Source: a bacterium
Lineage (GTDB): Bacteria; UBA8248
Assembly: GCA_965213625.1 (NCBI GenBank)
Contig: CBDBZU010000004.1
Location: 672,001 to 736,000, forward strand
Direction of reading: 5' to 3'
DNA length: 64,000 bases
Shown one piece after another: positions 8,598-19,195 of this stretch. The notes under the pieces are model-generated. The model had not been told where the DNA came from and did no database searches. It was given only the letters and a program-made list of their open reading frames with translations. The translations under genes and the position numbers were made by a program. How positions within the stretch are numbered: position 1 is the stretch's first letter; each line of letters starts with the position of its first letter.

Positions 8598-8885
8598 TTA
8601 AGGGTAGCAGAAATAGTCACTCCGCAACGAGTTCAGGTAGGCGCATCCGCCCCTCATCTTCGCTGGAAAAGTAATTTTTGCAGGCAAGTAGTTGACGTAG
8701 TTCGTGATGACGGGCGGCAGAGTCATCCCTCCGGGCATCGCCTGCCCTTTCCTTCCAGAGGATGCCCCTATCCCACCAAGGGGCCCCCTGCGGGGCCCCA
8801 AGATTCTGAAAGGCCCGAAAAAGCATCAGGCGCTTTTCAGAAACCACGCACCACGAAAAAAGCCCCCTCACAGGGAGGGGGCTCT
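8598..8885 (+). ncRNA. Candidate structured non-coding RNA
   Basis: Downstream of the promoter, no credible ORF; hairpins at 8706-8727, 8733-8767, 8780-8799, 8804-8842 and 8861-8883. Confidence 0.4.
8855..8885. terminator. Intrinsic terminator of hflKC, possibly bidirectional
   Basis: AAAAAA then AGCCCCCTC-ACAGG-GAGGGGGCT. Confidence 0.7.
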
Positions 8886-8903
8886 CCTGTTCCGGAACCG
8901 GGT

Positions 8904-9824
8904 TTATTCGGATTTTTCCTGGGTCTTTTTCGCGTTTCTGTTCTTCGATCCTTGCAGAAACCGGAGGAAGTCACTGCTCGCGGGCAGCACGAGGGTCGTC
9001 TTGTCCTTCAGAGAGCCCTCATACACCTCCAGGCTCTTCAAGAACGCGTAGAATTCCTCATCCTGACCGAACGCCTGCGCGTTGATGTCGATGCTCTTGG
9101 CGTCGCCCTCGCCCTTGGTGATTTGCTCTTTCTCATAGGCTTCCGCCAGGAGCACGTCGCGCTCACGGTTGGTTTCCGCCCGAATCTTCTGGGCCTGCTC
9201 TTTTCCTTCCGAGCGGTATTGGCGGGCGATTCTTTGGCGCTCGGCCTGCATGCGCCCGTAAATCGCTTTCAAGTTTTCCGTCGGCAAGTCTGCGCGCTTC
9301 AAGCGAACGTCCACTATCTCGATGCCGTATTCGCGCGCTTTCTCGTCGCTTGCTTTCGTGACCTTGGCCATCAGCTGCGCGCGATCCTTGGCTACGATGT
9401 CGATCAAATCCTTGCGGCCGAGTTCCTGGCGCAATTCACTGTAGATAATGTCGTCGAGCCGGGCTTGCGCCCCCGTTTCGTTGCGGACCGTGCGCAGGAA
9501 CTGGAGCGGGTCGACGATGCGCCATCGCGAGAAATTATCCACCACGAGGGATTTCTTGTCTTGCGTGATGATTTCCGTCGGGTTGGAATCGTACTCGAGC
9601 AGGCGACGGTCGAAAAACGTGAGCTGCTCCACGAACGGCAGCCGGTAGTTGAGGCCGGCTTCGCGCAAAACACGCACGGGCTTACCGAACCGGGTGACGA
9701 CCACCTGCCTGTCTTCGCGAACCGTGAATAACAGCGAGTTGACCCCAAAGACGATGATCAGGACCAGAACAAACAACGCGATTGTCTTTTTCGGCAATTT
9801 CACGCCCCCTCCCTCTGCGCTCAT
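8904..9824 (-). CDS. hflC: FtsH protease modulator HflC
   Basis: N-terminal TM helix, SPFH domain, VDVRLKRADLP, RMQAER, FYAFLKSLEVY. Confidence 0.95.
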   Translation of the reverse strand: MSAEGGGVKLPKKTIALFVLVLIIVFGVNSLLFTVREDRQVVVTRFGKPVRVLREAGLNYRLPFVEQLTFFDRRLLEYDSNPTEIITQDKKSLVVDNFSRWRIVDPLQFLRTVRNETGAQARLDDIIYSELRQELGRKDLIDIVAKDRAQLMAKVTKASDEKAREYGIEIVDVRLKRADLPTENLKAIYGRMQAERQRIARQYRSEGKEQAQKIRAETNRERDVLLAEAYEKEQITKGEGDAKSIDINAQAFGQDEEFYAFLKSLEVYEGSLKDKTTLVLPASSDFLRFLQGSKNRNAKKTQEKSE

Positions 9825-10876
9825 CGTTTCGTCACCCCTTCTATTCCACCACCCCGCAGCGGGAGTATCGGCAGCACGCCGGATTTGCCCTGATCCAGGA
9901 TCACCTTGTCCACCGTCGGCATCACCTCCTGCATCATTTCGAGATACAGGCGCTCGCGCGTAATGGCCGGCGCTTTTTTGTATTCCTTAAGCGTGGCGAG
10001 GAAGCGGTTCGCATCGCCTCGCGCATGGCGAATCTTGGTTTCGCGGTAGGCTTCCGCTTTTCTGAGAACGGCGGCCACCTTACCGCGCGTCTCCGGTATC
10101 ACCTGGTTTTGATAGCCCTGGGCCTCGTTCACGAGGCGGTTCCTGTCCTCACGGGCGCTGGCCACGTCCTTGAAGGCGTGGATGACTTCCTTGGGAGGCG
10201 TCACGTCCTGGAGCTGCACCGCCGCCACGCGCAAGCCGGTTTCGTAGAGATCCAGAATCTTCTGAATCTCCACCATTGTCTCTTGCTGGATCGCACCCTT
10301 TCCGGTGGTGAGCGCCTCGTCGATGGGCTTGCTGCCCACCACCTGCCGGATGGCGGCCTCGGCGGCGTGCACCACCGTCTCTCTGGGTCTGCGCACTTTG
10401 AAGAGATACTTGTCGGCCTCCACGATGCGGTACTGGACGATCATATCGACGTCCACCATGTTTTCATCCCCGGTCAGCATTCTCGATTCATGGGGCTTGT
10501 CCGAATATCTGGCGGGAGGTCCCGGATCGATCGTGCGGAAACCGATTTCAACGCGCTTCACTTCCGTCACCTTCGGCGTGTAGGCGGTCTCCATCGGGAA
10601 GGGCATATGATAGTTCAAACCCGAGGACACCACCCGATCGATGCGACCGAACCGGAGCACGATCCCCTGCTCATCCGGCCCCACGCTGAAAATGCCCGAA
10701 GCCAGCCAGATCAGGGCCACCACCACGAATATGGCAGCGGAGGGCAACTTGAAATTGGGTATTCGGAACTGCGGCAGCTTGATCTGAGGCGGGATGCCTC
10801 CTCCTCCACCGCCACCTCCACTACCACCGCCTTGTCTTCTCGATTTGAACTCATCCCAGTCCATTGGCATGAGCAT
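9821..10876 (-). CDS. hflK: FtsH protease modulator HflK
   Basis: Gly-rich N-terminus, MLTGDEN, LQDVTPP..V..AFKDV, TRERLYLE. Confidence 0.95.
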   Translation of the reverse strand: MLMPMDWDEFKSRRQGGGSGGGGGGGGIPPQIKLPQFRIPNFKLPSAAIFVVVALIWLASGIFSVGPDEQGIVLRFGRIDRVVSSGLNYHMPFPMETAYTPKVTEVKRVEIGFRTIDPGPPARYSDKPHESRMLTGDENMVDVDMIVQYRIVEADKYLFKVRRPRETVVHAAEAAIRQVVGSKPIDEALTTGKGAIQQETMVEIQKILDLYETGLRVAAVQLQDVTPPKEVIHAFKDVASAREDRNRLVNEAQGYQNQVIPETRGKVAAVLRKAEAYRETKIRHARGDANRFLATLKEYKKAPAITRERLYLEMMQEVMPTVDKVILDQGKSGVLPILPLRGGGIEGVTKR

Positions 10877-10976
10877 TTCTCCTATCTGCGACGCTTCATA
10901 ACTTTAAGAGGCGACATGGGAAATTTCGGACACTTAAGACAATACATCCACACCCTATGCGCGTTATGGTTTGAAG

Positions 10977-11939
10977 TCAACCAACGCGAATCCGTTTTTG
11001 GCGCACTTGGCGTTGATTCTTCACAATTTGCCTGCGCGAAGGCAACCCCCCTTGCGCGCCGCGTTTTCTCACCGAACAGGATCCTGCGCTGACGGCGAAG
11101 CGAACCGCTTCTCCAAACGCCGAGACCTCTGCGAGCCTGGCCGCAAGCGCGCCGCAAAACGCATCGCCCGCGCCCGTCGTATCCACTACTTCAATTCCGG
11201 CTGGAGGCCTGAACCAGGAGGCCCTCTCTTCATCCAGCAGAAAAGCCCCTTTTGCTCCCGCAGTGATGACAACCCGGGAAGGCCCCAGCGCCCTTAAGGC
11301 TCTCGCCGCGCCAAGGAACTCTCCATCCGTATCGGGTGTTTTCCCGAGTCCGGCCAGATGCGCCGCTTCGGTTTCGTTCGGCGCCAGCACGTCGGTCAAG
11401 TGTAGCAACTTATCAGGTAGTTCACCCGCCGCCGGGGCCGGGTTCAGGACGTTGCAGGCGCCGCGCCTTCTCCCTTTTTCGAACACGGCCATTATCGATG
11501 GAAGTGGAATCTCGAGCTGCGCCAGAACAACGCCGCCGAAATCCAGCAGACCCGGCCTTCTTCTCATTCGCCCGGGAGTGAGGAGCGTGTTCGCACCGGG
11601 GGCCACGGCGATTTGGTTCTCGCCTTTCTCGTCCACCACGATCAGCGCGGTACCCGTGCTCGCCTTACAGCGCAGTATTCCATCGGGCGATATCCCGCTC
11701 TCCCGCAGATGCCGGGCATAGCCGTCACCCCCCGCGTCGTTTCCCAGCATGGTGACGAAGCAAACCATCGCTCCGGCGCGGGCGGCCGCCAGGGCCTGAT
11801 TCGCCCCTTTCCCGCCCCAATAATCACGCCGCTCATTCCCAAGGACGGTCTCGCCTGCGGAGGGGAGTTTATCCACCCGAACGACGATATCGATGTTCGA
11901 GCTTCCCAGCACCAAAACAGTGGGTTTTTTATTCCTCAT
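10977..11939 (-). CDS. rbsK: Ribokinase (PfkB family)
   Basis: GSSNID, GGKGANQA, NPAPA, PNETEA, DTTGAGDAF. Confidence 0.92.
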   Translation of the reverse strand: MRNKKPTVLVLGSSNIDIVVRVDKLPSAGETVLGNERRDYWGGKGANQALAAARAGAMVCFVTMLGNDAGGDGYARHLRESGISPDGILRCKASTGTALIVVDEKGENQIAVAPGANTLLTPGRMRRRPGLLDFGGVVLAQLEIPLPSIMAVFEKGRRRGACNVLNPAPAAGELPDKLLHLTDVLAPNETEAAHLAGLGKTPDTDGEFLGAARALRALGPSRVVITAGAKGAFLLDEERASWFRPPAGIEVVDTTGAGDAFCGALAARLAEVSAFGEAVRFAVSAGSCSVRKRGAQGGLPSRRQIVKNQRQVRQKRIRVG

Positions 11940-12957
11940 CCTTGTTCCAACCGCGATATTTGCGCAGATGCGAGATAAAAAACGCCAGAAACCTCTTCAC
12001 GTCCAGTTCCAGGGCCACGTCCACAGGGTTTTTGATCTTCGCTCCCCTGTTTTCCCTCAGATCCACCACCGTCATTCCACGTGTGATGCCCCTGCCCGCG
12101 TCCACGTCTACGCGGCACGGGATGGTCTCCACCAAATCCGGCTTCATCGCGACGGCGAGGGCCAGTGGATCGTGGAGGGTAATGTCGTACGCTCCCCTCC
12201 GCTTCCTGGAGAATCGCGCATAGATATTGATGAGGTCTCTCAGCGCCGCGCGGAACGATCCGCCGCCCTCGAATTCATCGACACGCAAGAGAGCGCGCCT
12301 CGTCACGTCCAGACCCACCATGGTGATGGGCAGGCCCGATGAGAACACCTCTTTTGCCGCCAGGGGATCGCAATAGATATTGAACTCGGCCGCAGGGGTC
12401 ACGTTACCGGGCATCCGCGCTACCCCTCCCATGACTACAATACGTTTTACTCGGGAGAAGGCTTCTGGTGCGCGCCGAAGAGCGATAGCCAGATTTGTGA
12501 GTGGTCCCAGCGTGATGATAGTCAATTGAGAGCCTCTCGCTGAGGCCTGCTCGACGATCACCTCCCAAGCCGGTTTCAAACTGCCCCGGCCCAGGCGGGG
12601 CAAACGCCTTTTCTTATCGAACATCGCTCCCATGCCTTCGGGGCCGTGAATCGCGCGCGATTCGCTCCGGTTCAGACGACTCCCGTCCAGAGCCAGCGTG
12701 GCGCCCGGGTAGACGGGAACATCCGGAAAGGAAGAATCGAGATGATCGAGCAAGAGCGAGACGAGCCTTTTTGCGTTTCGGTAGGCCAAACGCGCGGAAA
12801 CGTTGCCGTGCACGGTCGTCACGGCGTCATATCGGAAAAAAGGCGATGCGAAACCCATCGCCAGAGCCAGAGCGTCGTCCACGCCCGGGTCGCAATCCAC
12901 CAGGGCGTATCGAACCGGTAATTTGATTTTTTTGCCCACAGCCACACCTGACCTCAT
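11929..12957 (-). CDS. Inosine/uridine-preferring nucleoside hydrolase
   Basis: DCDPGVDDA, LGPLTNLA, AEFNIYCDP, LHDPLA. Confidence 0.93.
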   Translation of the reverse strand: MRSGVAVGKKIKLPVRYALVDCDPGVDDALALAMGFASPFFRYDAVTTVHGNVSARLAYRNAKRLVSLLLDHLDSSFPDVPVYPGATLALDGSRLNRSESRAIHGPEGMGAMFDKKRRLPRLGRGSLKPAWEVIVEQASARGSQLTIITLGPLTNLAIALRRAPEAFSRVKRIVVMGGVARMPGNVTPAAEFNIYCDPLAAKEVFSSGLPITMVGLDVTRRALLRVDEFEGGGSFRAALRDLINIYARFSRKRRGAYDITLHDPLALAVAMKPDLVETIPCRVDVDAGRGITRGMTVVDLRENRGAKIKNPVDVALELDVKRFLAFFISHLRKYRGWNKDEE

Positions 12958-13357
12958 TCTCGTCCTACGAAATCACGTCCCCCATCGTATGGATATTCGG
13001 CTTATATTTGCAAACATTGATATTTTACCTTGTGAAGCAACTTGGCTCACCGCTACAGATTGGCCGTTCGCAACGAAACGTGAGCTTATCGCTCTATAAC
13101 GATAAATATATCAATAAGTTAACTCTAATTTCCTATTTTGTTTTATAATTTGCGTTTCTATCTCATACTTCATATATGCTGATAACTTTATAGATTTCAA
13201 TCGCTTAAACCATTTTCATGCAGTCTTGAATTGACAAATCGTCTGATTTCATATACTTATGTCTGGTTTATAGAATTTGAGTTCTACATAATCACCCGTA
13301 ATTACATGGTGCCGCAAATCTATAATCCCCACACAAGAGGCTATCCCACTACTTAGC

Positions 13358-15457
13358 ATGGCCAAATCTGCATCATCTCCCACATCCAGAAAACGAATCA
13401 TTGCCGCGATCGATATCGGGGGTACGTTCACCGATATCGCAATCTATAATCCATCGAACGGAAATACCTCGGTGGGCAAGTATCTCACGACGCCGAACGA
13501 CCCTTCTATCGGCGCGCTTGCGGGACTGCGTACATTGCTCGATGAAGAAAGCCTGCGGTTCCGCGATCTCGGCCAAGCAGTACACGCGACCACTCTTGCC
13601 ACCAACGCGATTATCGAGAAAAAGGGGGCGGCCACAGGCCTACTCGCCACGAAGGGATTCGCCGACATCTTGTTGATGGGCCGTGAATCCAGATATGACA
13701 TCTACGACATCGTGCCTGAATTTCCGGAACCTCTGGTCTCCGGCCCATTTCGCCGTGAATTGACCGAGCGGATTTCCGCGGCCGGGGAGATCCTCCAACC
13801 TCTCAGCACCCAGGAAGTAAAAGTAACGATTCAGGAGCTCGTGGAAAAGGGAGCGAAATCCATCGCGGTTTGCCTCCTGCACTCCTACGCCAACCCGTCC
13901 CATGAGAACGAAGTCGGCGAAGCAATTGCCCAATCGTTTCCAGATGTGAGTTTCAGCCTCTCCTCGCAGGTTTGTCCGGAGATCAGGGAATACGAGAGGA
14001 CTTCCACCACGGTGGCCAACGCCTACATTCAGCCGATCGTCTCGAAATATCTCGAAGACCTCGAGGTCAACCTCGAAAACGTCTCGCTCTATATCATGTT
14101 GTCGAACGGCGGCATCGCCACTGCGCAATCCGCCGGACGCAGTCCCATACGCATGTTCGAGTCGGGTCCCGCGGCGGGAGCCCTTTCCTCGGCCTATTTC
14201 GGGAAACTCGGAGGATTCGAAAACCTCATCGCCTTCGACATGGGCGGCACCACCGCCAAATCCTGTATCATCGAAAATGGCGAACCCCACCTGTCCGTTC
14301 AATTCGAGATTGCGCGCGTCAAGCGTTTCACGAAAGGCAGTGGAATGCCCATTCAGGTGCCGTGCATCGACCTCATCGAAGTCGGCGCCGGAGGAGGCAG
14401 CATCGCGCGAATCGACGATCTGGGATTGCTGAAGGTCGGACCCGAGAGCCAGGGAGCATCCCCGGGTCCCGCCTGCTATGGGCTGGGTGGGGAAGAGCCC
14501 ACGGTGACCGACGCCAACCTGCTTCTCGGCTACATCAACCCCGACTATTTCCTGGGTGGCGAAATGCCCGTTTTCCCCGAGGCGGCAACCGAAGCCATTC
14601 GCACAAAAATCGCCGAGCCGATGAAGATCGAAGATATCCAGGCGGCCTGGGGAATTCATGAACTGGTGAATGAAACCATGGCCGCCTCTGCGCGCATCAA
14701 GCTCTCGGAACGCGGGAAAGACCCTCGCAATTTCACGCTCATGGCCACCGGCGGCGCGGGTCCCGTTCATGCTTTCCGGCTTGCGCGCAAGGTGGGACTC
14801 AAGCGCATCGTCTGCCCACCGGCCGCAGGATTGGCCTCCAGCCTGGGGCTCCACACAGTCCCCTTTAAGGTGGACACTGTGGACAGTCAGGTCATGCCGC
14901 TCGAAGACGTGAACCTCACCAAGCTGAACGACACGCTCACCCGAAGGGAAAAGCGGCTTCGCGAAGTACTCACCGCAGCTGGCGTGAGTACGCGCGAGAT
15001 CCGGATTCAGCGTATGGCGGACATCAGCTTCGAGGGGCAGGGCTTCCCGCTCACCATTCCCATACCGAGCGGAAAATTGACGCGAAACCATTTTGCAGAT
15101 ATCGGCGAAACCTATCGCGAACACTACGCTTCGGCTCATGGGCGCGCCATCGACGAAGTGCCGCTACAGGTGTTCAGTTGGCGAATCTTCGGAATGGGGC
15201 CGGAACCCAACGTGAACTTTGATTTTTCGAACCTATCAGACACCGACGGCAAAAACGCCCAGAAGGGCAACCGGCGCATCTACATGCCGGAAAACAAGGG
15301 CTTCCGAAAAGTAAATATCTTCGACCGTTACCTGTTGAAACCGGGACAGAAGTTCAAGGGGCCAGCGTTGGTGGAAGAGAAAATGACGACGACCGTCATC
15401 GGCCCGCGCTCTAACTTCCAGGTCGATAAATTCCAGAACCTGATCATCGAACTCTAG
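13358..15457 (+). CDS. Hydantoinase A / 5-oxoprolinase family subunit
   Basis: DIGGTFTD, EIREYERTSTT, SGPAAG, DMGGTT, GAGGGS, PGPACY. Confidence 0.95.
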   Translation: MAKSASSPTSRKRIIAAIDIGGTFTDIAIYNPSNGNTSVGKYLTTPNDPSIGALAGLRTLLDEESLRFRDLGQAVHATTLATNAIIEKKGAATGLLATKGFADILLMGRESRYDIYDIVPEFPEPLVSGPFRRELTERISAAGEILQPLSTQEVKVTIQELVEKGAKSIAVCLLHSYANPSHENEVGEAIAQSFPDVSFSLSSQVCPEIREYERTSTTVANAYIQPIVSKYLEDLEVNLENVSLYIMLSNGGIATAQSAGRSPIRMFESGPAAGALSSAYFGKLGGFENLIAFDMGGTTAKSCIIENGEPHLSVQFEIARVKRFTKGSGMPIQVPCIDLIEVGAGGGSIARIDDLGLLKVGPESQGASPGPACYGLGGEEPTVTDANLLLGYINPDYFLGGEMPVFPEAATEAIRTKIAEPMKIEDIQAAWGIHELVNETMAASARIKLSERGKDPRNFTLMATGGAGPVHAFRLARKVGLKRIVCPPAAGLASSLGLHTVPFKVDTVDSQVMPLEDVNLTKLNDTLTRREKRLREVLTAAGVSTREIRIQRMADISFEGQGFPLTIPIPSGKLTRNHFADIGETYREHYASAHGRAIDEVPLQVFSWRIFGMGPEPNVNFDFSNLSDTDGKNAQKGNRRIYMPENKGFRKVNIFDRYLLKPGQKFKGPALVEEKMTTTVIGPRSNFQVDKFQNLIIEL

Positions 15458-15470
15458 GAGAGATTCAAAC

Positions 15471-17132
15471 ATGGCCCGCAAGGGTATCGATTCAATAACC
15501 TTGGAAGTCCTCTGGAACCGCTTTATCGCCATCGCCGAAGAGGCGGCCACCGAGATCGTCCGCACCGCTTTTTCGACCACGATACGCGAATCGAGAAATT
15601 TCGCCGTCATCATACTGAACCCCAACGGACAATCCATCGCCCAAGCCAGATCCACCATGCCCAGCTTCGTGGGCGCGTTGCCGATTACGGCCAAAAAACT
15701 GCTCCAGATATACCCGCAGGATACGCTCGAACCCGGTGATCTCATCCTCACGAACGACCCGTGGATGGGAACCGGCCATCTTCAGGATCTCACTTCCCTT
15801 ACGCCGGTGTTCTACAAATCGAAGCTGGTCGCGCTCATCGGCATTACCACCCAGGTTACGGACATGGGGGGAAAACTCCGATCCCCCGAGGTGCGCGAGA
15901 TTTACGAAGAAGGTCTCCAACTCCCTCCCTGCAAGTACATGGCAGCGGGTGAAATCAACGAGGATATTCTGCGCATCATCAGAAATAACGTGCGTGTGCC
16001 GAGCCAGGTGGAGGGAGACATGATCTCCCATATGTCCGCCGGGAGACTCGCCGCCCAGCGCATCGGTGAGATGCTCGAAGAGTACAAACTCGCCGACCTT
16101 GAGGCGCCGGCCACCACGATCTTCCAGCGCTCCGAAAACGCTATGCGCGAGGCCATCAAGAAAGTAGAAGACGGGGAATACCGCTTTCAGGTATCCACAG
16201 ACGGATATGACGAGCCGCTCGTCATTCGCGTGGAAGTGAAGGTTCGAGGCAGCAGCATTCTGGTGGACTACACGGGCTCATCCCCACAGGTCGACCGCGG
16301 CCTGAACGCCGTATTGAATTATGTCTATTCCTATTCCGCCTATTCGCTCAAATGCCTGTTCTGTCCGCAGATTCCCAACAACGAGGGCAACTTCCGGCCC
16401 GTTACGGTATCGGCCCCTGAAGGCAGTATTCTGAATCCGCGTTACCCGGCCCCCGTGAACGGTCGCTCCATGGTGGGACACTTCATTCCTTCGGCCATTT
16501 TCGGCGCGCTGTGCAAAGCGGTTCCCAATCTCGTGCAGGCGGCCAGCGGCAGCCCCACATGGGCTATCAACGCGGCGGGCATCACAAAAGAAAACAGGCG
16601 CTTCGCCGGCAATTTCTTTCTGCATGGTGGACAGGGTGCGACGGACAGGTACGATGGGCGCGTATGCCTCGACTTCCCCTCGAACACGTCGAACACGCCC
16701 ATTGAAATCCTCGAGCATCTCGTACCCCTGCTCGTGGAGAGAAAAGCGTCCATCAGAGACAGCGGCGGTGCGGGCAAATACGCAGGCGGAAACGGCCAGC
16801 AGGTCATCGTGAAATCACTCTCGGACGGGCCGATTCTCCTCACATTCATGAGCGAGCGGACCCGGCACCCCGCCTATGGGTTGTTCGGCGGGAAAAACGG
16901 ACGCGTCGGCAAGGTGACCCTGAACGGACGCCCCATCAACCCCAAGCGTCAATGGGTGATGAACCAGAGCGACAGGCTCGTGCTCGAAGTGCCGAGCGGG
17001 GGTGGCTACGGCGACCCGAAGGATCGCTCCTTGTACGCCATCGAGCACGACCTGCTAGAGGGCCTGCTCTCCGTTCAAAAAGCCAGATCCGAATACAACT
17101 ACGACGGCGATTTCACCGCCGTCGACATGTAG
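15471..17132 (+). CDS. Hydantoinase B / 5-oxoprolinase family subunit
   Basis: NDPWMGTGHLQD, EIYEEGL, SGGAGKYAGG, GGGYGDP. Confidence 0.95.
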   Translation: MARKGIDSITLEVLWNRFIAIAEEAATEIVRTAFSTTIRESRNFAVIILNPNGQSIAQARSTMPSFVGALPITAKKLLQIYPQDTLEPGDLILTNDPWMGTGHLQDLTSLTPVFYKSKLVALIGITTQVTDMGGKLRSPEVREIYEEGLQLPPCKYMAAGEINEDILRIIRNNVRVPSQVEGDMISHMSAGRLAAQRIGEMLEEYKLADLEAPATTIFQRSENAMREAIKKVEDGEYRFQVSTDGYDEPLVIRVEVKVRGSSILVDYTGSSPQVDRGLNAVLNYVYSYSAYSLKCLFCPQIPNNEGNFRPVTVSAPEGSILNPRYPAPVNGRSMVGHFIPSAIFGALCKAVPNLVQAASGSPTWAINAAGITKENRRFAGNFFLHGGQGATDRYDGRVCLDFPSNTSNTPIEILEHLVPLLVERKASIRDSGGAGKYAGGNGQQVIVKSLSDGPILLTFMSERTRHPAYGLFGGKNGRVGKVTLNGRPINPKRQWVMNQSDRLVLEVPSGGGYGDPKDRSLYAIEHDLLEGLLSVQKARSEYNYDGDFTAVDM

Positions 17133-17140
17133 TTCATCCA

Positions 17141-18136
17141 ATGTCTTCAAAAAAATGTTGGGCCGCCGTCACCTCCACATCCGATTTTCCTGTCGCCATG
17201 ACGCCCGTGAAAAGGGCGATGGCGGACGTCGCGCCTGTCCGTGTCGTGGCGCTGCCCTTCAGGCCCCTGGACGAAGAAGAAGAGGCCGCCTTCGCCAGGA
17301 AGCTGAGGGGTGCTGAGGGAATTCTGCTACGTCCGGGCTACATCACCGATTCCTTGCTAGACCTGCTGCCGGAACTACGCGTCGTGGCCGTGCATGGTGC
17401 GGGCGTAGATCAGGTCGACGTCGGGGCCTGCACTGAGCGCGGCGTACTCGTCACCAACACGCCGGGGGCCAACGCGAACGCCGTGGCCGAGCTGACACTA
17501 GGGTTGATCCTTTCCCTTGCAAGGCAGATCCCCAGAGCGGCCGCCATGGTGGGACAGGAACGGGTATGGGGCGAGGCGCGCCACACGGGGATGGAACTCA
17601 AGGGAAAAACGCTGGGTCTTATCGGCATCGGTCAAGTGGGAAGCAGGCTCACGAAAATGGCGGCCACGATGGGCATGAAGGTCATCGCCCATGACCCGGG
17701 CCTCAAGAGCGAGGAAATCAAGGCGAGAGGGGCAAGGCCCGCGCGATTCGAAACCCTCCTGGGCCGGGCGGATTTCATTTCCTTACACGCGCCGCTCACG
17801 CCCGGTACTCATCACCTGATCGACAAACAAGCGCTCTCGAAAATGAAAAAAGGCGCGTTTCTCGTAAACGCCGCGCGAGGTCCGCTGGTGGATGAGGAGG
17901 CGCTTGCCCGCGCGCTCAAAAGCGGCAAAATCGGCGGGGCGGCGCTCGACGTGCTCGAAGGCGAACCGCCCGACCCGAAAAGCGCCATCTTCGATGCGCC
18001 CAACCTCATCCTCACGCCGCACATGGCGGGCTCCACGCACGAGTGTCTCGAAGCAATCGCGACCTCGGCGGGAGAGGACATCGCCCGCGTCCTGAGCGGC
18101 AAGAAGCCCAGGCATCCGGTGAACGAAATCGATTAG
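17141..18136 (+). CDS. D-isomer-specific 2-hydroxyacid dehydrogenase (SerA-like)
   Basis: GAGVD, NANAVAE, GLIGIGQVG, VNAARG, LTPHMAG. Confidence 0.92.
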   Translation: MSSKKCWAAVTSTSDFPVAMTPVKRAMADVAPVRVVALPFRPLDEEEEAAFARKLRGAEGILLRPGYITDSLLDLLPELRVVAVHGAGVDQVDVGACTERGVLVTNTPGANANAVAELTLGLILSLARQIPRAAAMVGQERVWGEARHTGMELKGKTLGLIGIGQVGSRLTKMAATMGMKVIAHDPGLKSEEIKARGARPARFETLLGRADFISLHAPLTPGTHHLIDKQALSKMKKGAFLVNAARGPLVDEEALARALKSGKIGGAALDVLEGEPPDPKSAIFDAPNLILTPHMAGSTHECLEAIATSAGEDIARVLSGKKPRHPVNEID

Positions 18137-18639
18137 ACCTGCTAAATCAATAAGTTATTTGAACCCACCCGCTTCTTTTATTTTCGTCAATTTACAGAAT
18201 AACCCCGTGAATCTATCGTATTTTATCGAATTGTTCAGGAATTCCGCTTGACCAAATCGAACTGAAGGGGAGAAGTCGATTCCGACTGAGGAGGGAGGAA
18301 TCGAACGCGAGTGATTGGCAATCGCCTGTTCCATTTTCTATTCTCCTCCCATCGCCGAAACACTGCATTTCGAGAAAGATTCTCGCCCGAATTGCGAAAT
18401 AACCGGCGACTGAAAATGCGGGCAAATGCGCGCCCCGCCGATGCCGACCGAGAACGAGCGGCGCGAACAGGAGACGGACTTTACGGAAAAGCGTCCGCTC
18501 GGCCGTTTCGTGCCGTCCGCCTTCATTCTACGCCATTGGCCTGATCTGCACGAGACGGTCAAGATCGCGATTTTTCCGAATCATGCCAGCCACCGCCTTT
18601 CAGTCTTTGGCCGGGTTGGCGTCGCCGGATGCCACTCCA

Positions 18640-19191
18640 TCATCGCATATCACGCAGGACCGATTCCAAACGGGAATCGATGTCCTTTTCGGCACCGAGC
18701 ACCCGCGCCAGATGGCCGAGCGCCAGTACGTATCCGCATCCGAGACGGCCCAGCCATATGGCGAGCCGCAGAAAGCTTTCCGGCGCCTCGGCATCGCCAA
18801 AACCGCCATTCGCCAATGACAAGGCCAAGTTGAGCGGCGTCGCATGTGTGTACGCCGCCAGCCCGTTTCTTGCCTCGCCGGCCCACCAGTTCCCGTCCTC
18901 ATTGAACCGGAACTCGTCCGGGAGGCACTTCCATACGGCGCCCATCTGCTCGTACGCCGTCCGCAGCTCTGTCGTCATTACGTGCACGCCTTCGGCGCTG
19001 ATTTCACACTTGGTGATCGCTACCGCATGGAGGCACACTTTACGCAGGCGGAAAATCCAATCCTGCTCGTCCTGCTCGATCCTGCGCTTCGGGGCGTCGA
19101 TGTCGATATGAATTCGAGTGAGCTTGCGAAGCATGTCGAGACACTTTTCGCACTGAGCGCGCTGCATCTCAATCGGTTCAAGCGCTTCCAT
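18640..19191 (-). CDS. Hypothetical protein
   Basis: 183 aa ORF, 4 bp downstream of the co-oriented upstream ORF. Confidence 0.55.
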   Translation of the reverse strand: MEALEPIEMQRAQCEKCLDMLRKLTRIHIDIDAPKRRIEQDEQDWIFRLRKVCLHAVAITKCEISAEGVHVMTTELRTAYEQMGAVWKCLPDEFRFNEDGNWWAGEARNGLAAYTHATPLNLALSLANGGFGDAEAPESFLRLAIWLGRLGCGYVLALGHLARVLGAEKDIDSRLESVLRDMR

Positions 19192-19195
19192 CCGG

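Noticed and set aside
8686-8700. GTCAACTAC on the minus strand, resembling an IS200/IS605 omega-RNA/HEARO start
   Set aside because: Only a 9 nt match, and no iscB, tnpB or tnpA gene is present
8704-9051. 115 aa + strand ORF downstream of the NrdR-type promoter
   Set aside because: No RBS, low-complexity Pro-rich translation, and it runs through a terminator into antisense hflC
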